Assembly: GCA_964016885.1 (NCBI GenBank)
Contig: OZ024752.1
Span: 10,230,001 to 10,294,000 of the forward strand
Direction: 5' to 3'
Length of the DNA: 64,000 nt
Source of the DNA: Eledone cirrhosa
Lineage: Eukaryota
The position numbers and the translations under genes were made by a program. How positions within the stretch are numbered: the stretch's first letter is position 1; every line of letters begins with the position of its first letter. Under the pieces are notes generated by a model. That model saw only the letters and a program-made list of their open reading frames with translations, did no database searches and had not been told where the DNA came from. Of this stretch, positions 14,850 to 28,349 are shown piece after piece.

Positions 14850-15160
14850 CAGCGGGTGCCACTCCACCGTAAGATCGGAGCGTCGGCAGCCCGTCTGAGG
14901 AGGGAGCCTCGCGAGGTTCTGTGGCTGTTGCAACGGGTATCACTGGCCATCGTACCTGGGAATGCTTTTGCCGTCTTGTCAGCGGGGGGCAGAAAATCAG
15001 CCCTCTTGCCCTAGACCCAAAGACCAAGCACCCTCCCTCTTTTCTGTGACACCAGAGCTCTTGCCATCTCCTCTTGTCTTTCTTTTTCTTTTTTTTTTAT
15101 ATTTTCCTATTCTTTCTTTCCTTATGTTTCCCCATTTTTCTCACTTTTTCTTACTAAATT
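14850..15160 (+). mobile_element. CRE-like retrotransposon 3' end, family B
   Basis: REPREVLWLLQRVSLAIVPGNAFAVLSAG resembles the C-terminal QRxSxxxxRGNA motif of CRE restriction-like endonucleases; pyrimidine-rich 3' UTR. Confidence 0.75.
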
Positions 15161-16732
15161 TTACAGGATTATACAATAAAGATAATTGTTTGTTAAAAAC
15201 TTAAACAAAAAACAAAAGAATGTATAGTTAATAGATTCGACAATGTTTGCAATAAGTTTGAAATAGTTATCATTCATGTCATTTTCTCGGAATTATATTC
15301 TCTTTGCTAATAGAATTCCATTCGTATTCCAGACGAAACGCTGGACTTTTCACTGGTTTGTGCTTCATTTTCTCCTATGATAAATACTCTGGCAAAATTA
15401 TTCCAAAGTGGATATAAAACAATTGCATAAATCAACTGGTTCTTAAAAGGATTGAATATCTAGGGAATAAATATCTGTGTATTATTAGTAGAAATGTGAA
15501 TATCATTATATGATATATTAATACCACATAGGATTGTTGAATTATATATTTACTAAATCTAGAATCTGCTAGAATCTGTATTCAAGAAGGGTGTGAATAA
15601 CTAATCTGGATACATATTCAAGAGATTGCTTATTTTGTCTGAGTTCTGTAACTGTTCTGAATTAATACGTCAATATATTTATGATATTATTCTCGTAGGC
15701 ATTATGGTAAATAGTCATGTCCATACGGTTATGTCGAGGTACAATTACATACACATATATTAATCTATAACGTGTACTATGAATATAGCAAGTATTTTGC
15801 TCACAACCGTATATTCTGACTTGAATATCGAAAGAGGATATAAAGAAAATTACACGTAAAGAGAAAATATTTTAAAACGTTTTCACATTACGTTGTAACA
15901 CATATTTTAGAAATGATTTTAGAATCATGGCAACTATCGATCATCGTAAATAAAAAAGAGTATTTGTAGCGCAACAAACAACAGCCAGGTTTAACACCAA
16001 ACCTTACCCTCAATAACCTTCGATTAAGGAAAGATATGCATACTAATTTTCTCATGAAGATTATGGCTGAAATAAAAGGCATGGTAGATGCGAACATGTA
16101 GAAAGAATTCTGATTGATGAAGTCGTAACTGAGGTTAATGTTTAATATAAAAAACTTGATTGTATGATATATCAACATTGCTTATTGAAATGTTGTGCGT
16201 ACAAATATATACATGAGCAACACAAGCATTCAATGAATTACATGGTGAAAGCAATAGTTGGTATACTGTAGGTTCATTGCACATAAATACACAGCATTCT
16301 AATACACAAATGTATTCAATAGTTCATGTTATTAATCTGAAAAGTATGTTATTAGGAATAATTGTCTTAACAGTTTTATCTACATGAAATGAAAGGGGCA
16401 AACGGAAGCACGTACACACACATGTACACATGCACTTATGCAAATATGAGCACACACACACACATATATATATATTTATATATATATATGTACTTACGGT
16501 AAATATTGATGCAATTCAATTGAAGCACACAACGCACTTTTTCCACATAGGAGTGACGGAGTTACCTATTATATAAGAAGCTGTCTGGTGATGTCATAAC
16601 ACTGGGTACACGGAATCGAGTCGCTCCTGATGTCAATGAAATATATATCACAGTATAATCATTAAAGGACTTTAACATCTGAAACTACTTCGCATTTTCT
16701 ATAATATATATATATATATATTATTTAAAATA

Positions 16733-17132
16733 TTGATAAATGAAAAATATTCTCATAACCAAAATATATATTTTATTATACATATTTCAAAGGTACAATG
16801 GTGTTTCAGTACGTTTTCATCAGATAAAATATATGAGAGATTGGATATGCGACATACCGCTAAGGTTTCGATTATTCAATTCCACTACAGGCATTGAATA
16901 ATCAAAACCTTAGCGGTATGTCGCATATCCAATCTCCCATATATTTTATCTGATGAAAACGTACTGAAACACCATTGTACCTTTGAAATATGTATAATAA
17001 AATATATATTTTGGTTATGAAAATATTTTTCATTTATTAAAATTAAATACTACAGATAGATCACTGGAGTGCTTCTAATCTATTGTAAAATTGTATTCGT
17101 TGAATAATCAACAAACCATATAAACTTTTGGT
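16733..17132. mobile_element. Fold-back Penelope-type terminal-repeat element: about 148-bp arms, 12-nt loop, about 90-nt tail, flanked by (TA)n
   Basis: 16733-16880 is the near-perfect reverse complement of 16893-17040. Confidence 0.85.
16940..17006 (+). ncRNA. Minimal type-I hammerhead ribozyme (mirror copy at 16767-16833, minus strand)
   Basis: Helix I TATATTTTAT/ATAAAATATA, CTGATGA at 16950, helix II AAAcGTAC/GTACcTTT, GAAA at 16985, quasi-palindromic helix III ATATGTAT, AUA cleavage triplet. Confidence 0.8.
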
Positions 17133-17555
17133 TATATATATATATATAGACATGTAACGAACGCCACAGAAACCTGGATTGTAGGTCATTCTCGTAGTCT
17201 TTATAAAACACTTGGTGTTTGGAAAACACAATTGTAGATTCTTGTCAAGATTATTCGGAATAGCGAATTATCCACATACCTGAAAATAAATAATGAACCC
17301 TTAAAATAAGCGATTAATGCTGAGCTTATATTGGTAAATGATACGGCTATTCTACAGCTTGTGTTGAAACCGTTGAGAAAAATTAGTATGTTTTTATATG
17401 ACAAATCACCTTCCACTTTCTCTCTCTACACACAGTACATATATATATAGATAAGTGGAGGCTTAGTAAAATCAAATCTTTGGCGTGGGCAAGCAAATTC
17501 GACCTACAATATGAATGAGTTAGCAAAGCACTCGATAAGGGTAGGTCCTTAGAGT

Positions 17556-17744
17556 AATAACTGTTTCTACGTTAGGCACATGGCCAGCAATTACCAGTGC
17601 ATTACTGGTACTTTATTTTATCGACCCCGTAAGGATGAAAGGCAAAGTCAACCTTGGCGGGATTTGAACTCAGAAGGTAAAGGGATGTAACTATGCTGGA
17701 AAGCATGGCGTCCGACCCTCTACCGATACTGCCAATTCACCGCT
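17556..17744 (-). mobile_element. SINE family 1, full length
   Basis: Reverse complement matches 51085-51270. Confidence 0.92.
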
Positions 17745-18099
17745 CTTAACAATGATAATAATAAAGGCAAGTTATTTTACATATTCATTTCATTGTTTTG
17801 CGAATGTTTCGGAGGGTTGATCATATTGATATATTGACTGATCTATAGCAGTTCGAAAACTGTATACTATCAGACATAATATATAGGTTTGATCAGACTG
17901 TCTCCTTCAGAAACACTGAAGTTAGATTCTTTATTGTTAGTATATAAACAGGGTATTATATATATATATATATATGGTATGTTTATTCTTATATTTCAGA
18001 TTGCCTCCTTAGAACGATAAGTGGAAGCAGTGAGTTAGGACACTGTCCCCACTATTTATGGAGTAACTGGACAAAAAGAAGAATAAGGGGGATAAAAGA

Positions 18100-18288
18100 A
18101 GGGCAGTGGATTGGCAGAGGGTCAGAGGCCATGCTTTGCCGCATAGAGATAAGGCCCTTTGTGATCTGAGTTCAAATCTCGCCAAGGTTATCTTTGCCTT
18201 TCATCCTTACGGGGGTCGATAAAATAAAGTACCAGTAATGTACTGGTGTAATTGCTGGCCCCTGTGCCCAAAGTAGAAACAATTATAA
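18100..18288 (+). mobile_element. SINE family 1
   Basis: GTGGATTGGCAG...GAGTTCAAATC...GGGTCGATAAAATAAAGTACCAG. Confidence 0.9.
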
Positions 18289-18404
18289 TTACGAGCGTCT
18301 GTATATATTGTTGTGTATTTTCAATTCATTTTATGATGAATTTCTTTCATTGAAGGAATACAGAAGATATGTAAACTGTGTTGCCTTTCAGGAAAAGAAA
18401 ATAT

Positions 18405-19557
18405 CGTGAGAGAGAGAGAGAGAGGGGGAGAGGGAGAGAGAGAAGGAGAGAGAGAGAGAGAGAGAGAAGGAGAGAGAGAGAGAGAAAGAGAGGGAGAGAG
18501 AGAGAAAGAGGGGGATAGCGAGAGAAAGTGAGGGAGAGCGAGAGAAAGTGAGGGAGAGCGAGATAGAGATAGCGAGATAGGGAGATATAGATAGGGAGAG
18601 AGAGATAGGGAGATATATAGATTGCGAGAGAAGGAGAGAGAGAGAGAGAGAGAGAAGGAGAGAGATAGAGAGAGAGAAATAGAGAGAGAGAGCAGAGAGA
18701 GAGAGAGCAGAGAGAGAGAGGAGAGAGAGAGAGAAATAGAGAGAGAGCAGAGAGAGAGAGGAGAGAGAGAGAAGGAGAGAGAGAGGAGAGAGAGAGAGAG
18801 GAGAGAGAGAGAGGAGAGAGAGAAGGAGAAGGAGAGAGAAGGAGAAAGAGAGAGAGAAGGAGAAAGAGAGAGAGAGAAATAGAGAGAGAGCAGAGAGAGA
18901 GAGGAGAGAGAGAGAAGGAGAGAGAGGGGAGAGAGAGAGAGGAGAGAGAGAAGGAGAAGGAGAGAGAAGGAGAAAGAGAGAGAGAAGGAGAAAGAGAGAT
19001 AGAGAGATAGATAGAGAGAGAGATAGATAGATAGAGAGAGAGAGAGAGGAGAGAAAGAGCGAGACAGAGAGACAGAGACAGACAGAGAGACAGAGACAGA
19101 CAGACATACAGTGACAGACAGACAGACAGACAGAGACAGACAGAGACAGAGAGACAGACAGACAGAGAGACAGACAGACAGACAGAGACAGACATACAGT
19201 GACAGACATACAGTGACAGACATACAGTGACAGACATACAGTGACAGACAGACAGAGACAGACAGACATACATAGACAGACAGAGAGTCAGACATACATA
19301 GACAGACAGAGAGTCAGACATACATAGACAGACAGAGAGTCAGACATACAGAGACAGACAGACAGACAGAGACAGCCATACAGTGACAGACAGACAGACA
19401 GAGACAGACAGACAGACAGACAGACAGAGAGACAGACAGACAGAGACAGAGAGACAGACAGAGACAGACAGAGACAGACAGAGAGCCAGAGACAGACAGA
19501 GAGACAGACAGACAGACAGACAGAGTCAGACAGAGACAGACAGAGAGACAGAGAGAG
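18405..19557. repeat. (GA)n then (GACA)n compound microsatellite
   Basis: Directly visible; source of the L/S-rich ORFs. Confidence 0.97.
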
Positions 19558-19714
19558 TATGTGCTGTAAATAATGTTGAATATGTTTTAACATATATAGA
19601 AATAATGAAATATTTTGAAAATTGAAATAACTAAAGTGAATACATGAATCGTTAAAAACATTCCCTTGGTATAGATATATTGGTATAATTGAATAGAAGA
19701 AACGTGGCGGGGGG

Positions 19715-21310
19715 ATACACACACACACACACACACCCTCTCACACACACACCCTCTCACACACACCTTCACACACATTCTCTCTCTCTTACTCTCTCTC
19801 CCCCTCTTTCCCATTGCCTCGTGCTCAACATTGTATCTATCAATTTGTATATACTTCTTATTAGTTTTATCCATACTCACTATTCGGTTTTTGCTCTCTC
19901 CCCACTCTCTCTCTCACTCACACTCTCACTCAATCTCTGTACCCCCTCTCTCTCTCTTTAGCCCCTTTCTCTCTCTAGCTTCTCTAGCCTCTCTCTATCT
20001 CTTTAGCCCTTTTCTCTCTCTGGCCCCTTCCCCCCTCTCTCTCTCTCTCTGTATATATATATATATACATATATATATACATATACACACACAAATGCAA
20101 GCTTAGTAAAATCGAAGCTTTGTCTGTGGCCAAGCTGTATATATATATATATATATATTTACATCCATTGAGTGCTCTAAATCAGTTATAAACATTTACG
20201 TTTGTATATATATATATATGTGTATGTACAAGTTGTATTTAATTTGTTGGAATTCCGACAAACGTAAATGTTTATAACTGATGAGCACTCAATGGCGGTA
20301 AATATTTATATATATAGCCTCCCACAGACAAAGCCTCCATTTTACTAAGCTTGCACTTGTATATATATATGTATAGATATATATACAGAGAGAGATAGGG
20401 GAAGGGGTTAGAGTTAGGGGGGAGGTGGGGGAGAGAGAGAGGTGGGGGAGAGAGATGTGGGGGATAGAGAGAGAGAGAGAGAGAGGTGGGGGAGAGAGAG
20501 GTGGGGGAGAGAGAGAGGTGGGGGATAGAGAGAGAGAGAGAGGAAGGCGCCAGAGAGAGAAAGTGGCTAAAGAGAGAGAAAAGGGCTAAAGAGAGAGAGA
20601 GAGCGAGATGCTAGAGAAAGAGAGATAGGCTAGAAAGAAAGGGAGAGAGGCTAGAGAGAGAGAGGCTAGAGAGAGAGAGAGAAAGAGTGAGTGAGAAAGA
20701 GTGATTGAGAGAGTGAGTGAAAAAGAGTGATTGAGAGAGTGAGTGAGTGGTAGAGAGAGAGAGTGATAGAGAGAGAGTAATAGAGAGAGAGAGTGATAGA
20801 GAGAGAGAGTGTGAGTGAGAGAGTGTGAGTGAGAGAGTGTGAGTGAGAGAGTGTGAGTGAGAGAGTGTGAGTGAGAGTGTAAGTGAGAGTGTAAGTGAGA
20901 GTGTACGTGAGAGTGTAAGTGAGAGTGTACGTGAGAGAGTGTGAGGCTAGAGAGAGAGAGAGAGAGAGAGAGAGTGGGGAGAGAGCAAAAACCGAATAGC
21001 GAGTATGGATAAAACTAATAAGAAGTATATACAAATTGATAGAAACAATGTTGAGCACAAGGCCATGGTAGAGAGGGGGAGAGAGAGAGTAAGAGAGTGA
21101 GAGAGAGAAGATGTGTGAGAGAGAGAAGATGTGTGAGAGAGAGAAGGTGTGAGAGAGAGAAGGTGTGAGAGAGAGAAGGTGTGTGAGAGAGAAGGTGTGT
21201 GAGGGTGTGTGTGAGAGAGAGAAGGTGTGTGTGAGAGAGAAGGTGTGTGTGTGTGAGAGAGAATGTGTGTGTGTGAGAGAGATGGTGTGTGTGTGTGCCT
21301 GTGTGAATGT
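19715..21310. repeat. Large nested inverted duplication centred near 20235
   Basis: 19813-19905 pairs with 20975-21066, 20097-20129 with 20322-20355, and 20157-20214 with 20257-20306; (CT)n/(GA)n tracts are mirrored. Confidence 0.85.
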
Positions 21311-22624
21311 GAGCAAGAGAGATGGAGGGAGACAAAGAGGAATACCGAGTCAGTATGGCACTGGTAACAAGGAATATATAAAGATTTATAGAAGGTAGAG
21401 TATTATGAAAGATAGGTGTACGTATTAACTTATTTGCGACATAGGATTATATAGAATAATAGGAAAGACAGTTTCTCTGATTAATACAGAGAATGTCTAT
21501 TTATTTCCAAAACACCTTCAGCCAATACAATTATTAAATAGCAGAAATGATGTTTGCAACCGATTTAAGGATAATTTATCCAGCGAGGCATGCTTCAGCA
21601 AACAGCATTTCTTATTCCTGTCAACAGAATAATATTACGATTTCATTATTGTAAAATAAATAAAGAAAGCATTATTGTAAAATAAATAATATGATACATA
21701 AATAGCAAAGAAACAACGCAAATATTAGAAAGTAAAAAAACAGTGACTGTGAGGAATCACACCAAGAGAACTTAAATGGTTTGGATAATTATGGATCGGA
21801 AATTGGTTTTCAAACGCTTATTGACCAAATATTATTAGAGGCATTCACAGATGTAAAATTAATTAAATCATTAAATTCTACACGATTTTATGCACTCTTT
21901 ACCGACTTATTACATTTTTTTAATGTATTTTATGTATATAGAAAGTGTGGTAAATTTTATTTGAACTATATGTTATAATACGTTCCATTCCATTTATTAC
22001 CATCCTCGTTTATACATTAATGTCCTGTCCCTACCGTTAATTATCACAGACACAAAGGCATACTTAATACAGCAGGGTAGCAACTAACACTATACCACTC
22101 AGTACTAAGCCGTACTTCAGTTTCACCACCACTACCACGCTCCTATAGTGAAACACATCGCAGCCATTAACAGAAGGAAAGACACACACACACACACACT
22201 TCCCCAACAAAAAAAAAAAATAACAACGAGAACACTCAAAAACAAGTAATCAAATAAACAAACAAAACATATTTCTCGTACAGCATCACCATCTAAACAA
22301 TTGCGGTAAATGATGTAACGGTACATTGCTTCCGTTTTCACAGTATTTGATGTTTTGAATTAAACTGCCACTATTTATGAAATATAAAATCAATTTCATT
22401 GCGAATTTTCACATCAGTATTACAAACGCTGCAAGTGACAAGGTCTTCTGGTCTGTTTAAAATAAATGGCGACTGTGATGGTTTCTTGTGTAGTGTACAA
22501 TATAAAGCAGTAGTAAGTTGAAGTCGGTTAAACTCTTGTGAATAATTTTAGTATTGTAATAAACTAAAGTACCAGTAATGCACTGGTATAACTGTTGGTC
22601 CTGTGCCAAAGGTACAAACAATTG

Positions 22625-22860
22625 TATCAATGCTTTTGCCGTCTTGTAAGCGGGGTGTAGGGTTTCTGCCATATTGCCCGAGGTCCCGCCCAATCCCCTC
22701 TCTCCTTCATCCCCTTTCACCCTCCACTCTTCTGTGACACAACAGCTCTTGCCTTCCCCTTCCTTTCCTTCTTTCTTTCTTTCTATATTTTCCTATTCTT
22801 TCTTTCCTTTTGTTTCCACTTATTTTTTTGCTTTTTCTTACTAAATTATTATTAAAAATA
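22625..22860 (+). mobile_element. CRE-like family B 3' fragment, preceded by a SINE 1 tail at about 22545-22625
   Basis: AATGCTTTTGCCGTCTTGT and TTCTGTGACAC..AGCTCTTGCC are shared with 14960-15160. Confidence 0.7.
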
Positions 22861-23139
22861 AACATTGATTAATTAACCTCTTAAAACAAAAACATACGAA
22901 TAGAGCTGTCTTTATATTATGTTGTGGGTGTTACAATAGGATATTCCAATATATTTACAGATACAGGGCATCGAATAATTTTTAATGAGGCTACATTCTG
23001 AAGATGGGGTTTAAGAAATTTCGGTATACTCGCCCTACCAGAGTTCTGCCATGTTTCATATGACTACAACTATTTCTATAGTACGTCGTAGGCGTTACAA
23101 TTGCACATGCCAATATCTGCACAGGTATTAGGCATGAAG

Positions 23140-23410
23140 TGGTGGCATGTGGCCAAGTGGTAAGGATGTTGGAGTTATAATCATAATGTCAAGGGTTCGA
23201 TTCCTGGATTGCGTCTCGTGTTCTTGATCAAAACACTTCATTTCACGTTGCTCCAGTATACTCAGCCAGCTGAAACTGAGTACCAGCAATAGCTGGGGTT
23301 TAACCCTGCGATGGACTGGTATCCTGTCCAGGGGGTAGTTTTGTACTCTCAGTCGCTTCAAGATATGAAACCGGGATAAGCACCGATCAAATGAGCCTTC
23401 TGGCTTAATG
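23140..23410 (+). mobile_element. SINE family 2, full length
   Basis: A-box TGGCCAAGTGG, B-box GGTTCGATTCC, tail AAATGAGCCTTCTGGCTTAA. Confidence 0.85.
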
Positions 23411-24614
23411 CATACTTTAGACTTTTATAGGGTATGAAACATGCATGTTTAAATGAAGCTGCATTTCCATGTTGCATAAAGTGAAAATAGAGTTGATAAA
23501 ACAAGATCAGGACAAAGTGAACGCACAGAGGGACACAAATAGTCATTGAGGAGGTCGTGGATTATGTGACGAAAGCACTTTAACAATTACAAAAGATACC
23601 TAACAAACAACCCGGTTACGAAAAATTAATTAAATACCAAACAGACTAATATTACTAAAACCGAAGTTATAAACTAGTGTGCGCGTTTATATTTGCAAGA
23701 GGACCCTTCTGAAATATATATGAGGAAAGGAGTAGGTAAATGTGTTCTTATACATAAAATGTTTGATATGTCTTACTGTGAATATGTATATATCTATGTG
23801 TGAATGTATATATGTATATATTATTTCTTTATGTTCTGTGTGTATTTGTAATATAGATCCATACGTGGGCTTATGTATCATATGTACATGAGGGAAAATG
23901 GAAATATTAGAATTCAATCTATGTGTGCTGCAAAACTTTCTTATTACGGAAATCATTTGGGAATCTAAGAACAAATGAAACGGAAATTGATTTCTTCTTT
24001 TAAGCTAAAAGCGAATTATTGAAATGAATACTGAAAATAAGAGAAATAATAATAATAATAGTAATAATAATATCAAAATTAACAATAATAATAATAATAA
24101 TAATAATAACAACAACAAGGCTACTAATGTGTAGAAGAAAAATGATAAAGTAAAAGGATTAGTGTAAGTAGTAGTAGTAACGTTAGTATTATTATTATTA
24201 TTAGTAGTAGTAGTTATAGTAGTAGTACCACCACCACCAAGAGGAGGTGGAGAAACGTATAAAAAAGAGAAATTCATATATTCTACAGAGGAAAAAAATA
24301 TAAAATCCCATAAATAGGTAGAATCTCCTAAAAATAATTGCATACATTATGTTTTGTGCAAACTAAATTCGCATGGAGAGTTCATAGCATAATACGTCAT
24401 CCAACGAATATGTGCTCGGAATGCATGGGTTGCTTCATGTAAGATATAGTTGAAAAAGTAAACAAAAACACATTTAAACATTTAAAAAAAAAAAAGAAAA
24501 CGTTCAATGCTAATTATTACGAAGGCATATATAAAGAGTCCAGTAAATCTAAACATTATAAGCATAGAGGGATGTGGTCTTAGCTACAAAAACCTAAACA
24601 AAATATGTTTTCTA

Positions 24615-24815
24615 GGCAGAGCCCCTACTTCTGCGGATTGAGAGATCACAGCTCAGATACTATGGGTACGTGGTTAGAATGTCACAGGAAAGAATCCCTG
24701 GACAGATTTTATGGGCAAAAACAACCGCCAAGAGTCCCAGGGGTAGACCCTGTGCAAGATGGCTGGATAATATCCATGAGCTTGACTGGTCAGGCTTGGG
24801 GATAAAGGCAGATCA
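24615..24815 (+). mobile_element. RTE-clade LINE fragment
   Basis: IERSQLRYYGYVVRMSQERIPGQIL...RGRPCARWLDNI; same family as 53800-54840. Confidence 0.88.
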
Positions 24816-25637
24816 GGCAGAGAAGGCAAAGAAGAAGGCAGAGAAGGAAAAGAAGAAGGCAAAGGCAAAGAAGAAGGCAGAGAAGGAAAAGAAGAAGGCA
24901 AAGGCGAAGAAGGCAAAGGAGGCAAAGGCGAAGATGGCAAAGGCGAAGAAGGCAAAGGCGAAGAAGGCAAAGGCGAAGAAGGCAAAGGCGAAGAAGGCAA
25001 AGGCGAAGAAGGCAAAGGTTAAGAAGGCAAAGGCGAAAAAGGCAAAGGCGAAGAAGGCAAAGGCGAAAAAGGCAAAGGCGAAAAAGGCAAAGGCGAAGAA
25101 GGCAAAGGCGAAAAAGGCAAAGGCGAAAAAGGCAAAGGCGAAAAAGGCAAAGGCGAAAAAGGCAAAGGCGAAAAAGGCAAAGGCGGAAAAGGCAAAGGCG
25201 AAGAAGGCAAAGGCGAAAAAGGCAAAGGCGAAAAAGGCAAAGGCGAAGAAGGCAAAGGCGAAGAAGGCAAAGGCGAAGAAGGCAAAGGTGAAAAAGGCAA
25301 AGGTGAAAGTGGAAAAGGCGAAGAAGGCTAAGGTGAAAGTGGAAAAGGCGAAGAAGGCGACGAAGAAGACGACGACGAAAAAGACGACGACGACGACGAA
25401 AAAGAAGACGACGACGATGAAAAAGAAGAAGAAGACGACGAAAAAGAAGAAGACGACGACGAAAAAGAAGAAGAAGACGAGGAAAAAGAAGAAGACGACG
25501 AAAAAGAAGAAGAAGACGACGAAAAAGAAGAAGAAGACGACGAAAAAAGAAGAAGACGACGAAAAAGAAGAAGAAGACGACGAAAAAGAAGAAGAAGACG
25601 ACGAAAAAGAAGAAGAAGAAGAAGACGACGACGAAGA
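24816..25637 (+). repeat. Purine-rich tandem array: 15-bp AAGGCAAAGGCGAAR units grading into (GAA/GAC)n
   Basis: Directly visible. Confidence 0.95.
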
Positions 25638-26185
25638 GTTTTCGGCAGTACAGATGTAGGGTGTATATCTAGATAATTTATTCGTAACGCAACGTGTTCG
25701 TCCGAGGATTTTGGATTTCTACCAATCGCCAAATTGCTCCTGAATAATCTGACTGCCATTCTATATATATTGTTAACTAAATGGAATAGCCATGACATTC
25801 TTTTAAGAGATACATTTTCGTGAGTGGTGGTCACAGAAATCGAATATTAATAACGCCAACCTCACAACTATTTTTTTTTGGGGGGGGGGGGGTAAATGCT
25901 CAGGTAGACGACTCAACTCTCCCTGTCTGAAGGGGAGATCCAATCCACTTTATGAGGGTGAGAGATGTCTCCTCTTGTTAAAATGGGTATAGCTTTCATT
26001 ATGTAAAATCGCCCCATTTTGTCACATTTCTCCGTTTGTGGGCACTTTTTATCATGGCACTCCCCGGCTAGCTTTTTAGAGTATGGCAGGTAGAATTTCT
26101 ACCTGGTAGAATTTCTAACCACGTTATGATTCCCAACAATTTCAAAAAGCGTTTGTTATTCCAGGTTGATATACCTGATTAGTAA

Positions 26186-26711
26186 TATATAGAAATATAT
26201 ATACATAAGTGGCAATTTCTGTCTGTTTGTGTGTGTGTGTTTGTTTGTTGTGAACCGAAAACTCAAAAACTACCAAACCGATCTTGATGAAACTTGACAC
26301 GTGTGTGGGTCTCATGCCCATTTGATTTCTTACGTATATTTCATTTTAGTCAAAGGGTTGCCTGGGGGCTGAATCTCCCGCTGAAAATGTTTTCCCTTCG
26401 ATTTATATGAAATTTAAACCATAGTTAAATGACAAGATATGATGCCTATTCACAAATGTTTTGAATTGATATTTTGAAAAAACAAATATTTACAAGAAAG
26501 AAAATAAGAATAATTTTTAATAATATAATTTTGTTTTCATATATTACAAAAATTAATGTTTCCCAATTTTCATGCATTACATTTTAGATTGAAAAATGTA
26601 ATATTGAAATGCAGAGTTTTTCTCAAATTATATCACTGATTTAAAATCAATCATCATTTTCTTACAAAAAAAAATGTGTGAAACGCAGCAAGGCGCGGGT
26701 AATTCGGCTAG
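26186..26711 (+). mobile_element. Non-autonomous Helitron-like element
   Basis: 5' TCTGTCTGTTTGTGTG microsatellite followed by CTCAAAAACTACCAAACCGATCTTGATGAAA; 3' GCGGGTAATTCGGCTAG then T. Confidence 0.65.
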
Positions 26712-27229
26712 TATTTAATATTTTCTCCTGTTAAACGCCATCTTTGTATTAACAGTAAATATAATAACAGATAACAACTATTCCCGCATATTAAATATTC
26801 TGATTATCATGGAACATAATCATTTATATATTAATTATTTCATGTATTGATGCATGTCACTTGGTGGGATACTTTTAATTAGAACTACTTTATTACCTTA
26901 TATCATAATTAATACATATTAATGGATCCCAGGAACTTCCAGTTTTTTTAAACTAAGTTAATAATATGTGATGTAACGACTGATACCAATACAATAATTT
27001 CACTTCTAATGAGTTTCATCAGTTAGCGCAGGTCCACTGTCTTTGTCTATAATTTATATCATTAGTACTGGTATTATTTCCTTTGATGGGAGCTGTACCA
27101 TATTTGCACCATATTTTAAATCATCATTTTCACAGATGGTGATAATTGCAAATATATAAGCCCTTGGTTACTAAATTATGATTAGTTCTATATATATATT
27201 AGGTCATCAAGTATGAAATTTGTAACAAT

Positions 27230-28205
27230 TGGTTTTATTTCTACAGATTTCATACTTGACAACCCAATATATGGTGCAACATACATTATGAAATGTAGGA
27301 GATCGTACAATTCAGAAAACTTAAACATATTTACCACACTCTATAATCTTTGATATTTGCGTTTCTTTGTTCCCTTTATTACCTTTTCTTTTTAAATCAC
27401 CTAATAAATTAATTTATTCAAAAGCAAAAAACAAAGCTTATTTAGTAAGAAAAAAAAGGGAGGGAAACAAAACGAAAGAAAGAATAGGGAAATTTAGAAA
27501 AAAAAGAGAAAGAATGAAGAAAAAGAACGGGAAAGGGAGAGGATGGCAAGAGCTTTGGAGTCGCAGAAGAGAGCAGGGCGATGGCGCAAGATGATTGGAC
27601 TTTGGCCCTAGGGCAAGGGGGCAAAAGTGATGCGCCCCATGGACAAGACGGCAAAAGCATTCCCCCGAACGATGGCCAGTGACAACCGCTGTAACAGCCA
27701 CCCAACTTCACGGGGCTCCCTCAAGATAGGGGCCGCCGACGCTCCGACCTTGCGGAGGAGCTAGCATTATTTCAAATTTCATTCTTACGCTGAGTATAAG
27801 GACAATAACATATCTAGAAATATTACAAGCTTCTCACCCGTCTACTATACAACTGTCCATGGAAATTTAAGTTTAAGAGAGTGAATGCAGAATGAACGTA
27901 CGGTTACAAAATTTCTACAAATTTCATACCTGACAACCCAATATATGGTTGTAACATACACTATGCAATATAGGAGATCTTACAATTCAGAAAACTTTAA
28001 AATATTTACTACACTATATCTTTGATTTCTGCGTTTCTTTTGTTCCCTTTATTACCTTTTTTTTTTAAATCACCTAATAAATTATTTTATTCAAAAGCAA
28101 AAAAGAAAGCTTATTTCATGAAAAGCTTCTCACCTCTCTACTATACACCTGTCATGGAAATTTAAGTTTAAGAGAGTGAATGCAGTATAAACGTATGGTC
28201 ACAAA
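27230..28205. repeat. About 300-bp tandem duplication, first unit interrupted by an insertion
   Basis: 27230-27442 matches 27905-28116; 27825-27905 matches 28122-28205. Confidence 0.8.
27443..27760 (-). mobile_element. CRE-like family B 3' fragment
   Basis: Reverse complement of 14870-15160. Confidence 0.75.
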
Positions 28206-28349
28206 ATTTGTGTGGCAATTATTATTATTTGGTCGCAGGTGTATCGCATAGAAACACTAATTTTACGAAGAATTGAAAGTAAGTTAGCTTATATTAAGCT
28301 GCTACAGGTAAATATTGAATCTGAACAACTGCATTTACATAATACATAC

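Noticed and set aside
18321-19321. L/S-rich ORFs of about 300 aa
   Set aside because: Translations of (CT)n/(CTGT)n repeats.
20278-20310. CTGATGA as a possible hammerhead
   Set aside because: The mirror arm reads CTGATTTAGAG, so the motif likely arose by deletion, and there is no GAAA or helix support.
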